Positions 1-9,195 of a DNA stretch of 64,000 bases are shown here, one piece after another. Each line of letters opens with the position of its first letter. Position 1 is the first letter of the stretch. The position numbers and the translations under genes were made by a program. The stretch comes from an uncultured Spirochaetota bacterium (GTDB taxonomy: Bacteria > Spirochaetota > Spirochaetia > SZUA-6 > CAVTHK01): the NCBI GenBank assembly GCA_963734495.1, contig CAVTHK010000011.1, forward strand, positions 320,001-384,000, in the 5' to 3' direction. Below the pieces are notes generated by a model, which had not been told where the DNA came from, made no database searches, and saw only the letters and a program-made list of their open reading frames with translations.

Positions 1-274
1 CATCGACGTGATCGGCGGCAGGGGCTGGATCAGCATCGCGATGGTGATCTTCGGCAACTGGGACCCGCTCAAGGCGTCGCTCGGCGCGCTCCTGTTCGGG
101 CTTCTCGACGGGCTGCAGCTCAGGCTCCAGGGAGTCGGCCTTCACCTTCCCTTCGACCTCTTTCTCATGGTGCCCTACGTCGTGACCGTGCTCGCCCTCA
201 TCGGCGTCTCGCGCCGGGCAGGCGTGCCTGCGGCGCTGCTCAAGCCGTACCGGCGCGAGGAGCGCGGCGGGTAG
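1..274 (+). CDS. ABC transporter permease, nucleoside/sugar type (BPD_transp_2), 5'-truncated by window
   Basis: Hydrophobic ORF with GRGWISIAMVIFGNWDP and PYVVT...PAALLKPY C-terminal motifs typical of NupC/YufQ-like permeases. Confidence 0.85.
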   Translation, partial: IDVIGGRGWISIAMVIFGNWDPLKASLGALLFGLLDGLQLRLQGVGLHLPFDLFLMVPYVVTVLALIGVSRRAGVPAALLKPYRREERGG

Positions 275-331
275 GGCGCCGCGCGGTCCGGCGGCCGCAA
301 TCGAGGCCACGGATTGCCTCGGGACAATGAC

Positions 332-360
332 TTGCATTCAGGTTACGAATTATGTAACCT
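332..360 (+). promoter_or_regulatory. Sigma70-like promoter with overlapping inverted repeat (putative AbiEi operator)
   Basis: TTGCAT(332-337)-17 nt-TAACCT(355-360); inverted repeat AGGTTAC(340-346)/GTAACCT(354-360) in an AT-rich patch. Confidence 0.65.
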
Positions 361-368
361 TGCTGTAA

Positions 369-1025
369 GTGCAGACGCTGACCGAAGACCTGTTTCGCCT
401 CCAGCCCGCTGGCGGGCTTCTTGACGAAACGGTAGTTGCCAACCTCCATCCCGACCTCTCGGCAGGCGCCCGCAAGCAACTCGTCCACAGGGCGGTGAGC
501 CGGGGAGAGGTCCTGCGTCTCAGGCCGGGCCTGTTCCTGCTGGCGCCCGAATACCGAAAGACGCACCCGCACCCTTTTGTCGTGGCCGGCTTCCTGCACA
601 GCCCGTCGCACGTCAGCCTGGAGTCTGCGCTGGCTTATCACGGCCTCATCCCGGAGGCAGTGTACCAGGTCGGCAGCGTGACGATCGCGCGCTCCCGATC
701 CTTTACGACACCGGTTGGCGTCTTCACGTTCCAGCGGGTGCCCACCTCGATGCCGCGAGCCGGCGTCGAGGCCGTCGAGGTTGCGCGGGACGCGTGGGCC
801 TTTGTGGCGACTCCCCTGCGCGCGGTGGCGGACCTCGTCTATCTCGACAGGACGGTGCGCTGGGACGCCGACGGTCTCGGTTACCTCACGGAGTCGTTGA
901 GGATCGACAGGCAGGATCTCGCGAACCTCTCCTTCGACCGCTGGGCGGAGATCCACGAGGCATTCCGCGACGCAAGAACGCGCGAGTATCTCGAAGGCCT
1001 GAAGGAGGCGGTGGCTCATGTTTGA
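369..1025 (+). CDS. abiEi: Type IV TA antitoxin, AbiEi family
   Basis: N-terminal wHTH-like region (LRLRPGLF), PSHVSLESALAYHGLIPE and ATPLRAVADLVY motifs; overlaps the toxin start. Confidence 0.85.
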   Translation: MQTLTEDLFRLQPAGGLLDETVVANLHPDLSAGARKQLVHRAVSRGEVLRLRPGLFLLAPEYRKTHPHPFVVAGFLHSPSHVSLESALAYHGLIPEAVYQVGSVTIARSRSFTTPVGVFTFQRVPTSMPRAGVEAVEVARDAWAFVATPLRAVADLVYLDRTVRWDADGLGYLTESLRIDRQDLANLSFDRWAEIHEAFRDARTREYLEGLKEAVAHV

Positions 1026-1881
1026 CAAGGTGCTTGCCGCGAAGATCAGGGACTACGCTCCCGGGGACGCGATGGAGCAGGAGAACGTTCTCCAGGAGAT
1101 CATGCAGCAGTACGTGCTGGCCGGCCTCTCGCGTTCGGGGCTGTTTACCGAAGCGTTGTTCCACGGCGGCACATGCCTCAGGATTCTCTACGGCACCTCG
1201 CGCTTCTCCGAGGATCTGGACTTCATGCTCAAACGGCCGAGCGGCGAGTTCCGGTGGGAGCCCCATCTCGCGCGAGTCCGCAGCGACTGCGCGGCCGAAG
1301 GCATCGAGATCGAGGTCCAGGATCGCTCTCGCGCGGACAGGGCGGTGCGCGCCGCTTTTCTCAAGACAGGTTCGATCGGAAAGGTCATCGACCTCGAGCT
1401 GCCCTTCGAGCGTTACCGTGCGCGCAAGATACGGATCAAGCTCGAAATCGACACGAATCCTCCGGCCGGCTCGAGGTTCGAGACGCGCTACGTGACCTTT
1501 CCGCAGACGGCCGCGATCACGACGCAGACGCTGGAATCCGGCTTTGGCACCAAGGCTCACGCCCTTCTCTGCCGGCCGTACGTCAAAGGGCGCGACTGGT
1601 ACGATTTCCTGTGGTACGTGTCCCGGCGCGTCGCGCCCAACCTCGAGCTCCTCGCGAACGCGCTGAGGCAACTGGGCCGATGGGCGGGGCAGTCGGTGCC
1701 CGTGAGCCCGCGCTGGTTCGTCGATGCGATGGGCGCCGTGATCCACGGCGTGGACTGGAACAAGGCGCGCGACGACGTCAGACGCTTTCTACCGCTGCGC
1801 GAGCAGGAGTCGCTCGTGCTGTGGGGCGCCCAGCTGTTCCTGCAGCAGCTCGAGAGACTCGAGAGCTACCTGCTCGCGTGA
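1018..1881 (+). CDS. abiEii: Type IV TA toxin, AbiEii nucleotidyltransferase
   Basis: FHGGTCLR, RFSEDLDF, KLEID and KGRDWYD motifs of the AbiEii/DUF1814 family. Confidence 0.92.
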   Translation: MFDKVLAAKIRDYAPGDAMEQENVLQEIMQQYVLAGLSRSGLFTEALFHGGTCLRILYGTSRFSEDLDFMLKRPSGEFRWEPHLARVRSDCAAEGIEIEVQDRSRADRAVRAAFLKTGSIGKVIDLELPFERYRARKIRIKLEIDTNPPAGSRFETRYVTFPQTAAITTQTLESGFGTKAHALLCRPYVKGRDWYDFLWYVSRRVAPNLELLANALRQLGRWAGQSVPVSPRWFVDAMGAVIHGVDWNKARDDVRRFLPLREQESLVLWGAQLFLQQLERLESYLLA

Positions 1882-1954
1882 ACGGGCATGTGCCAAGGCG
1901 GGCAGCAGGCGCGCATGGCCGGCGCCGGTGACGCCGGGGACTGACGGCGTCCTC

Positions 1955-2010
1955 GTGCGCGCGGGACAGGGGAGGCGCGCGGGACAGTGCGCGCGGGACA
2001 GGGGAGGCGC
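1955..2010. repeat. Direct repeat: 24-mer x2 with a 13-mer core x3
   Basis: GTGCGCGCGGGACAGGGGAGGCGC at 1955-1978 and 1987-2010; GCGCGCGGGACAG at 1957, 1975, 1989. Confidence 0.85.
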
Positions 2011-2098
2011 ACGTGCGGTACACTCCGACGGTGCGGGACCGGACGCGCAGGACGAGTTCAGCGTCCCCGTGACGATCCTGCCAGACAAGGAGAAAACC

Positions 2099-3561
2099 GT
2101 GTCCGTTTCCCAGCCCTTGCCCCGCTCGGAGCCCGAGGACGTGGGCATTCCCTCGTCCGCGGTGACGAGCTTTGTCGACGCCCTCGGACGCAGCGGACAG
2201 GAGGTCCACTCCTTCATGCTCCTCCGTCGCGGTGCGGTGGCGGCGGAGGCGTGGTGGAAGCCCTATGCCCCGGACCTCCCCCACATGCTCTTCTCGCTGA
2301 GCAAGAGCTTCACGTCTACCGCCGTCGGCCTCGCGGTGAGCGAGCGGCTCCTGTCCGTCGACGACCCGGTGCTCCGGTTCTTCCCCGAGCAGGCCCCCAG
2401 GCGCCCCTCGAAGAACCTCGAGGCCATGCGTGTCCGGCACCTGCTGACCATGTCCACGGGTCACGAGAAGGACTGCCTGGATCGGATGATGCGCGGGAGG
2501 AGCCGCGACTGGGTGCGCCGCATCCTGTCCCTCAAGGTGGAGCGGGAGCCCGGCTCCCTGTTCGTCTACAACAGCGGGGCCAGCTACCTGCTTTCGGCCA
2601 TCGTGCAGAAAGTCACGGGGCAGCGCCTCGTGGAGTACCTCGCGCCCCGGCTGTTCGAGCCGCTGGGCATCGAAGGAGCCGCGTGGGAGACCTGCCCGCT
2701 GGGCATCAACACCGGCGGCTGGGGGCTCTCCCTGACGACGGAGGACATCGCGAAGTTCGGCCTCCTCTACCTGCGCAAGGGACTGTGGGGCGGACGGCGC
2801 CTGCTCACCGAGGCATGGGTCGACGAGGCGACGCGCGAGCCAGATCTCCAACGCCGGCGGCGACAAGATCGACTGGACGCCAGGGGTACGGGTACCAGTT
2901 CTGGCGCTGCCGTCACGGGGCCTATCGCGGCGACGGAGCCTTTGGCCAGTTCTGCGTTGTGATGCCGGGCGAGGACGCGGTGCTCGCCATGACCAGCGGC
3001 GCGCAGAACATGCAGGCGATCCTCGACGCCGCGTGGGACACGCTGCTGCCCGCGATGAGCGACGGGGTCAAGGCAGTGCGGAAGCGGCAGCGGGAGCTGA
3101 GAAAGGCCTTGCGTTCCCTCAAGCTCGATCCGCCGCCTTTCCGCGACGACCCCGCGGCTTCGGCGGACATCGACGGCGCGACTTACGAGCTGGAGGCAAA
3201 CGACGCGAAGCTGCGCTCGATCGCCTTTTCGTTCTCCCGCGGGAAGCTGGTCCTCAAGCTGCGGGGACGCCGCACGAACACCTACCGCTGCGGAGCCGGC
3301 CGATGGGCGCCGGGGAAGGCCCGCATGGAGGATTCGCGCGATCCCTCGCGGCGACCCGTGCGGTGCGCCTACCGCTGGACGGAGCGCGGCGAGCTGGAGG
3401 TCACCATCAGGGCCATTGCCACGCCCTTCCGCACGACCTGCCGATGCCGGTTTGCCGGGGACGGCGTCGAGGTCAGCCTCGCGCAGAACGTGTCCTTCGG
3501 GCCTGCGGAGCTGCCGCCCATCGCGGGCCGGCGGGTGCAGGCCTCGAAGCAGGAGCCGTGA
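2099..3561 (+). CDS. Serine hydrolase, beta-lactamase class C-like/esterase family (frameshifted near 2840 and 2880)
   Basis: AAGGAG RBS then GTG; FSLSKS (SxxK), LLTMSTG, FVYNS and GYGYQFW motifs split over frames. Confidence 0.85.
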
Positions 3562-4684
3562 CCGACGCTCCGCGCCGCGGGCAACAGGTGCGGGCTTGAG
3601 CCTTCAGCCGCGCGCGGGAGGCCGCGCGGATGCGCGAGGCGAGCGAGGAGAGCCGGCCGTGCCTGGCGCGGCGGGCGCCCGCGTGTCCGGAACGGAAGTC
3701 CTTGAGGAGCGCCGTGATCTTGTCGTAGACGGCGCGGGAGAACGCCTTGCCCACGAGCATCTCGAACCCGCGATCCATCTCCGCGCGCCAGAGCTTCTCG
3801 TCCTGGGGAGGAAGCGGGTCCACGACGAGCCCGTGCTCGGTCATCACGCGCAAGGCGTCGGCCTCCAGGCGCGCCGTCTCCTCGTAGAGCTTGCGCTGGG
3901 CCCGCGAAACGGCCTCGAGCATCGCGGGGCGGTACGACTCCGGGACCTGCTGCCAGACGCGGTCGCTTACGATGATCGCGCCGAGCACCGGGGCCACGCG
4001 CAGGGAGCTCATGTGACTGGCGGGGCCGAACCACTGGTAGCCGGCGGCGAGGAGGGGGGAACCGTACGCTGCGTCGACCATGCCGCTCTGGAGCGCTACC
4101 ATGGTGTCGGCGATCCCCAGCGGCACGGGATCGAAGCCCAGGCCTATCCACGCGGCCAGCAGCGCCGGCTCGCCCGTGTTCACGGCCAGCCTCATGCGCT
4201 TGAGGTCGTCGGGCACGAAGATCGGCCGGCGGGAGAAGAATCGCACCCAGCCCGCCTTCTCCATCGCGAGGACGCTGAGGCCGTGCTTCTCGAGCTCGGC
4301 GACGAAGCCCGGTTCCGTTTTTGCAAGCACGTAATCGAGCTCGTCTTCGGTCTCGATGAGGAACGGCGTCGAGAGCGCGAGAATATCAGGGACGATCTGG
4401 TTCAGGGCCAGCGATGTGACGGCCGCCCCCTGGAGCTGGCCGATCCTGATCTTCCGCAGCATGTCCGGCTCATCGCCGGCGATCCCGCCCATATAGGTCT
4501 TGAGCTGGACCTGCCCTCCGGTGATCCGGATCCAGTCCGCGGCGATGCCGCGCAGCGCGTTGTCCCACGGCGAGCCGATCGGCGCCACGCTGCCGATCTT
4601 GATCGTGAGACCCCATCCCTGCGCCGCTCCCAGCGCGGCCGCGAAAGCAGCGGCCAGGGCGGCGTATCTCCGTCGTGCGGTCAC
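3473..4684 (-). CDS. dctP: TRAP transporter substrate-binding protein DctP; true C-terminus uncertain
   Basis: GGAGG RBS, signal peptide, IKIGSVAPIGSPW, GDEPDMLRKIRIGQL and ALQSGMVDA motifs; low-complexity tail overlaps the opposing gene. Confidence 0.8.
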   Translation of the reverse strand: MTARRRYAALAAAFAAALGAAQGWGLTIKIGSVAPIGSPWDNALRGIAADWIRITGGQVQLKTYMGGIAGDEPDMLRKIRIGQLQGAAVTSLALNQIVPDILALSTPFLIETEDELDYVLAKTEPGFVAELEKHGLSVLAMEKAGWVRFFSRRPIFVPDDLKRMRLAVNTGEPALLAAWIGLGFDPVPLGIADTMVALQSGMVDAAYGSPLLAAGYQWFGPASHMSSLRVAPVLGAIIVSDRVWQQVPESYRPAMLEAVSRAQRKLYEETARLEADALRVMTEHGLVVDPLPPQDEKLWRAEMDRGFEMLVGKAFSRAVYDKITALLKDFRSGHAGARRARHGRLSSLASRIRAASRARLKAQARTCCPRRGASVTAPASRPAPAGPRWAAAPQARRTRSARG

Positions 4685-4808
4685 CTTTCCTCCAGCATAG
4701 ACGATACCGCTTGCAACACCGCACCGGCGACAGCCCGCCACCGGAGGACCAGCGGGCGCGCCGCCGCTTGCGACACGGGGTTTGCGCCGGAGGGCCCGAT
4801 GCCGCCCG

Positions 4809-5955
4809 CTACTGCCAGGCGAGCGAGCCGTCCTCGCGGAAGTTGAAGGGGCGGCGCCACGGCTGAAACGGGTGGCGCGCCGCCGCCTTCTCGTCCAGCT
4901 CGACCCCGAGCCCGGGCGTCTCGGGGATCTCGAGGTAGCCTTTGACGAGGCGGACCGGTTCCTTGACGACCTCGCGCCTCACGCCGGCGTCGTCCGGTAT
5001 GTACTCGAGAATGATGAAGTTGGACGTGCTCGCCGCGAAGTGCACGTTGACCGCCGTGGCCACCGGCCCGCACGGGTTGTGCGGCGCGACGGTCACGTAG
5101 CTCGCCTCGGCCATGGCCGCGATCTTCTTCATCTCGAGGAGGCCGCCGGTCACGCACACGTCGGGCTGGATGATGTCCGCCGCCTGAAGGGCCAGCAGGT
5201 CGCGGAACTCGTAGCGCGTGTACAGCATCTCGCCGGTGGCTATGGGGATGCCGACGTGCTCGCGCACCTTGGCCATCGCGGGACGGTTCTCCGGACGCAC
5301 CGGCTCCTCGATGAAGAAGGGCCGCATCGGCTTGAGCGCCTCGGCCAGCTCGATCGCCAGCGCGGGCTCGAAGACCTTGGCGTGCGGGTCGAGGCCGATG
5401 TCGATCGTCGTCGCCGACAGCGCGCGCGCACGGCCTCGCAGCGCCGCACGCTCTCGGCCACCACCTTGCCCCACGGGAGGCTGCGCGTAGTCCGGCGGCA
5501 GCGGGCTCAGCTTGAGCGCGGTGTAGCCGTAGCGGTCGATCGCCTGCAGGGCGTTCTCGGCCATCTCCTCGGGCGTGCGGCCGCCCGGGTTCTGGTAGAC
5601 GCGCACCTTGTCGCGGCAGCGGCCGCCGAGCAGCCTGTAGACCGGCAGGCCGGCCGCCTTGCCCGCGATGTCCCACAGCGCGTGCTCGATGCCGCTGATC
5701 GCGGCGCCGACGACCGACCCGCCGGGAAAGCGCGAGCCCGCGAACATCAGGTGGTAGAGACGCCTCGATGTCGCGCGGGTCGCGCCCCTCCAGCCACAGC
5801 GCGAAGTCGCGGATCGCCTCGACCGTGGCCTTGTCGGGGCCGCAGGAGTAGGCCTCGCCGAGGCCCGTGATCCCTTCGTCGGTCCGCACCTGCACGAAGG
5901 GGACGTTGCGGTTGCCGAAGCTGACGAGGAGGGTGTCGATGGCGGTGATCTTCAT
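4809..5955 (-). CDS. Mandelate racemase/enolase-superfamily sugar-acid dehydratase, DgoD-like (frameshifts near 5760, 5470, 5420)
   Basis: MKITAI, TDEGITGLGE, ISGIEHALWDIAGK, FIEEP, IATGE, QPD and APHNP motifs. Confidence 0.85.
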
Positions 5956-6008
5956 TCTCGTTCCTTTCCCCGAGTCTATCAGCACGCGGCGCCCGTGATC
6001 AAACGCGC

Positions 6009-6022
6009 ACTGGTTAACCAGT
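6009..6022. promoter_or_regulatory. Perfect 14-bp palindrome, GntR/FadR-type operator
   Basis: ACTGGTTAACCAGT between divergent genes; TGGT-N2-ACCA core. Confidence 0.7.
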
Positions 6023-6035
6023 CCCGCGCGGCAAC

Positions 6036-6071
6036 ATTATGTTTGACTTCGCGGCCGACCGGGCTGATAAT
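6036..6071. promoter_or_regulatory. Overlapping divergent sigma70-like promoters
   Basis: Plus strand TTGACT(6043-6048)-17-GATAAT(6066-6071); minus strand -10 CATAAT (6041-6036). Confidence 0.6.
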
Positions 6072-6090
6072 CGCTCGTCGGAGGTGGAAG

Positions 6091-7374
6091 ATGAGGAAAC
6101 TTTCGGTGTGCCTCGCGCTCCTCGCGCTCGGAGCGCTCGTCTTCGCCGGCGGCCAGAACGAGGGGGCCGCGGCCAAGGACTGGACCAAGGAGCCCGTGAC
6201 GCTGCGGATCGAGGCGGCGAGCTGGATCCTGCAGAAGTTCCCCGTGGAGGACGCGGGCAAGAAGTTCATGCAGGACCATCCGAACGTCAAGGTGCAGGTG
6301 ACGGCCATGCAGGACGCGAACCTCGACGCGTACATGCTGAACTGGGCCGCGGGCGACGTGAACGTCGACCTCTGCTTCGGCGGCTCCACGGCGACGGTCG
6401 CGAAGCTCGCCTACAAGGAGCTGCTCGCCCCGTGGAACGGCTTCTACACCGGCGACTTCACCCGCGACAAGTTCCTGACCCACTCGGTAGAGCTGAACAA
6501 GAAGGGCAGCGACTACTATGCCCTCCCGTTCATGGTCGAGGGCATGGCGCTTTCGGCCAACAAGGACATGATGGTCGACGCCGGCCTGAGCCAGGGCGGC
6601 AAGGTGACCTACGCAAAGACCCTGGACGAGCTGTACCTGCAGGCGAAGAAGATGACCAAGGGCACCGGCGCGGTCAAGGACGTCTACGGCTTCTCCTGGA
6701 ACTTCACGAACTTCGGCGATCAGTCGCTGTTCTTCGCGATCAACTGTCTCGGGGGGAAAGCGTACAATTCGGATGGGACTCCGAACCTCGACGCGCCGGA
6801 GATCGCGCAGCTCTTCAAGTTCATCAAGGCCGTCACGGTCGACGGGTACGGCAGCAAGGGGACGATCACCGACACCAACGCCGGGCGCGACGGGCTGTTC
6901 GCCAAGAAAGTGGCCATCATCCTCGAGGCCGCGTCGCGCGCCACCGAGGCGAAGCCGAAGATCGGGGACGCCGCGATCGTGGTCCCCTTCCCCGGCGAGG
7001 TGCAGAACGGCTCCTACATCTACGCTCACAACACCTACATCCCCAAGGCGACCAAGGTGCGCGACGCCGCCTGGGCCTTCATGAGGGAGCAGGCGCTCGG
7101 CAAGGAGTTCGCCAAGTTCGGCGCCGATAAGTTCGGCAAGTTGCCGAGCCTCAAGAGGAACTACGACGGGCTCAGCGTTGACTTTGCCGAGATCCAGCAG
7201 TGGCTCGCCAACCCCAAGGCGATCGGCGACATGCCCTGGGTCGAGGGCGCCAAGTTCAACTCCATGCTCTTCTCGCTGCTGCAGGAGATGGTCACCACGA
7301 ACTTGAGCGCGGACGACGCGGCAAAGCGGCTCAAGACCGAAGGGGCCAAGCTCAACCTCACGATGGTCAAGTAG
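6091..7374 (+). CDS. Carbohydrate ABC transporter substrate-binding protein (family 1)
   Basis: GGAGG RBS, signal peptide VFA/GGQNE, YYALPF and AAWAFM motifs; followed by two permeases. Confidence 0.88.
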   Translation: MRKLSVCLALLALGALVFAGGQNEGAAAKDWTKEPVTLRIEAASWILQKFPVEDAGKKFMQDHPNVKVQVTAMQDANLDAYMLNWAAGDVNVDLCFGGSTATVAKLAYKELLAPWNGFYTGDFTRDKFLTHSVELNKKGSDYYALPFMVEGMALSANKDMMVDAGLSQGGKVTYAKTLDELYLQAKKMTKGTGAVKDVYGFSWNFTNFGDQSLFFAINCLGGKAYNSDGTPNLDAPEIAQLFKFIKAVTVDGYGSKGTITDTNAGRDGLFAKKVAIILEAASRATEAKPKIGDAAIVVPFPGEVQNGSYIYAHNTYIPKATKVRDAAWAFMREQALGKEFAKFGADKFGKLPSLKRNYDGLSVDFAEIQQWLANPKAIGDMPWVEGAKFNSMLFSLLQEMVTTNLSADDAAKRLKTEGAKLNLTMVK

Positions 7375-7382
7375 ACACCACG

Positions 7383-7410
7383 GGCGCCTCCCCGGGCCAG
7401 GGGAGGCGCC
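7383..7410 (+). terminator. Intercistronic stem-loop
   Basis: GGCGCCTCCCC-gggcca-GGGGAGGCGCC, no U tract. Confidence 0.65.
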
Positions 7411-7430
7411 TCGTCCTCCGGGAGCCGCAC

Positions 7431-8345
7431 ATGGCGCTGTCGAGACAGCTCAGGAACGACGCCGCAGGGTGGGCCTTCGTGCTTCCGGCGTTCCTCTTCC
7501 TCTTCTTCTTCATGCTCTACCCGCTCGCCCATACCTTCATCCTGAGTTTCCAAAAGCTGAACTTCGTCTACGACAAGGGCCCGGTCTTCGTCGGGCTCGC
7601 GAACTACGCGGCGATCCTGCGCGACAGGAACTTCCTGATCGCCGTCGGGAACACGCTGCGCTTCGCCGCTTTCTACATCCCGACCATGTTCGTGCTCGGC
7701 TTCGCGGTCGGCTACCTCTTCTCCCGGTCGGACATGCTCGTCTCCCGGATCGCGAAGATCGTCCTCTTTCTCCCCATGGTGATCCCGATCTCGATGTCCT
7801 GCTTCATGTTCGTGTTCCTCCTCAACCCGCTGTACGGCCTGGTCAACAGCGTGCTCAAGGACACCCTGGGCCTTGTCTCCTGGGTGAGGGACTGGATGAA
7901 CAATCCCGGGACGGCTCTCTACGTGATCCTCACCGTGACGCTCTGGTACAGCGTCGGGTTCGTCGGGCTCCTCTTCATGGCGGGGATCCAGGCGGTGCCT
8001 CAGAGCCTGATGGAGGCCGCGCTCATCGACGGCGCCACGGCGCGACAGCGCATCGTCCGCGTGCTGCTGCCGAACCTGCGCGAGACCTACCTGATCGTCG
8101 GCATGCTCACCACCATCACCTCGCTCAAGCTCTTCGCGGAGGTAGTGGCCATGACCGGGGGAGGCAGCATCAACCAGGCGGGCGGACCGGGCACCGCGAC
8201 CCTCACCATGTACGTGGCGACGTACAAGGCCGCGTTCGTCAACTACGACATGGGCATCGCCTCGGCCATGGGCTACTCCATGGCGGTCATCATCGTCGGA
8301 TTCTTCGGCTTGAACTTCCTGATCAACCGCGCGGAGAGGGCTTGA
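7431..8345 (+). CDS. Carbohydrate ABC permease (MalF/UgpA-like)
   Basis: FVGLANY and EAALIDGA (EAA loop) motifs, multiple TM segments. Confidence 0.92.
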   Translation: MALSRQLRNDAAGWAFVLPAFLFLFFFMLYPLAHTFILSFQKLNFVYDKGPVFVGLANYAAILRDRNFLIAVGNTLRFAAFYIPTMFVLGFAVGYLFSRSDMLVSRIAKIVLFLPMVIPISMSCFMFVFLLNPLYGLVNSVLKDTLGLVSWVRDWMNNPGTALYVILTVTLWYSVGFVGLLFMAGIQAVPQSLMEAALIDGATARQRIVRVLLPNLRETYLIVGMLTTITSLKLFAEVVAMTGGGSINQAGGPGTATLTMYVATYKAAFVNYDMGIASAMGYSMAVIIVGFFGLNFLINRAERA

Positions 8346-8348
8346 GAC

Positions 8349-9191
8349 ATGGTCGGCCGCAGCCGGTTGTCCGTCGCCGTCGTGAGCCTCTTCGTCGCGC
8401 TGGCGATGGCGCTCTTTCTCGTTCCGCTCGTGCAGACGATCTTCACGTCGATCAAGCCGAACATCGAGATCTACCGGACGCCCGTGCGCCTCTGGCCCGA
8501 CGCCCCGACGGGCGCCCACTACCAGCACGTGTTCACGAAGCTTCGCGCCGACTTTCTCCGCTTCTTTCGCAACAGCGTCGTCGTCACGACGGTTTCGGTC
8601 TTCCTCATGCTGTTCCTCGGCTCGCTCGCGGCCTACGGCCTGGCCCGCATCGACTTCCGCGGCAAGGGCTTCGTCATCTTCTTCGCCTCGTTCCTCGTCT
8701 CGATCCCGCTGATCATCACCGTCATCCCGATCTTCATGGTCGAGACCGCGCTGCGCATCAAGAACACGAACCTCGGGCTCATCCTCCCGTACACGGCCGT
8801 CTACATGCCGGTGCCTCTCTTCATCATCTACAGCTCGTTCCTCCGCATCCCGGGCGAGCTCGAGGATGCGGCCAGGATCGACGGCTGCGGCCGCTTCTTC
8901 ATCTACTCGCGCATCTTCCTCCCGATCTCGGTGGGCGGGATGGTGGCCGCCGGCATCGTCGCGTTCCTCAACTGCTGGGGCGAGTTCACGCTGGCGCTGA
9001 TCCTGAACACCAAGCGCAGCGCCACCACGCTCCCGATCGGCATCATGATGGTCAACCAGGAGGAGCAGGCCTGGGCGCTGGGGCCGATGTCGGCGGTCAT
9101 GGTGCTCTCGGTGATCCTCCCGATGACGCTCTACTTCTCCATGCAACGCTACTTCGTGCGCGGCCTGATGGAAGGCTCGCTCAAGGGGTAG
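8349..9191 (+). CDS. Carbohydrate ABC permease (MalG/UgpE-like)
   Basis: ELEDAARIDG, QRYFVRGL..GSLKG. Confidence 0.92.
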   Translation: MVGRSRLSVAVVSLFVALAMALFLVPLVQTIFTSIKPNIEIYRTPVRLWPDAPTGAHYQHVFTKLRADFLRFFRNSVVVTTVSVFLMLFLGSLAAYGLARIDFRGKGFVIFFASFLVSIPLIITVIPIFMVETALRIKNTNLGLILPYTAVYMPVPLFIIYSSFLRIPGELEDAARIDGCGRFFIYSRIFLPISVGGMVAAGIVAFLNCWGEFTLALILNTKRSATTLPIGIMMVNQEEQAWALGPMSAVMVLSVILPMTLYFSMQRYFVRGLMEGSLKG

Positions 9192-9195
9192 GGGA

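Noticed and set aside
1955-2010. Possible mini-CRISPR
   Set aside because: Only two copies, an 8-nt spacer derived from the repeat itself, and no cas genes
2830-2890. Programmed ribosomal frameshifting in broken genes
   Set aside because: No slippery heptamers or consistent signals; multiple scattered indels fit sequencing error
2099-3561. Antibiotic-resistance beta-lactamase
   Set aside because: No signal peptide; motifs fit the broad cytoplasmic serine hydrolase/esterase group
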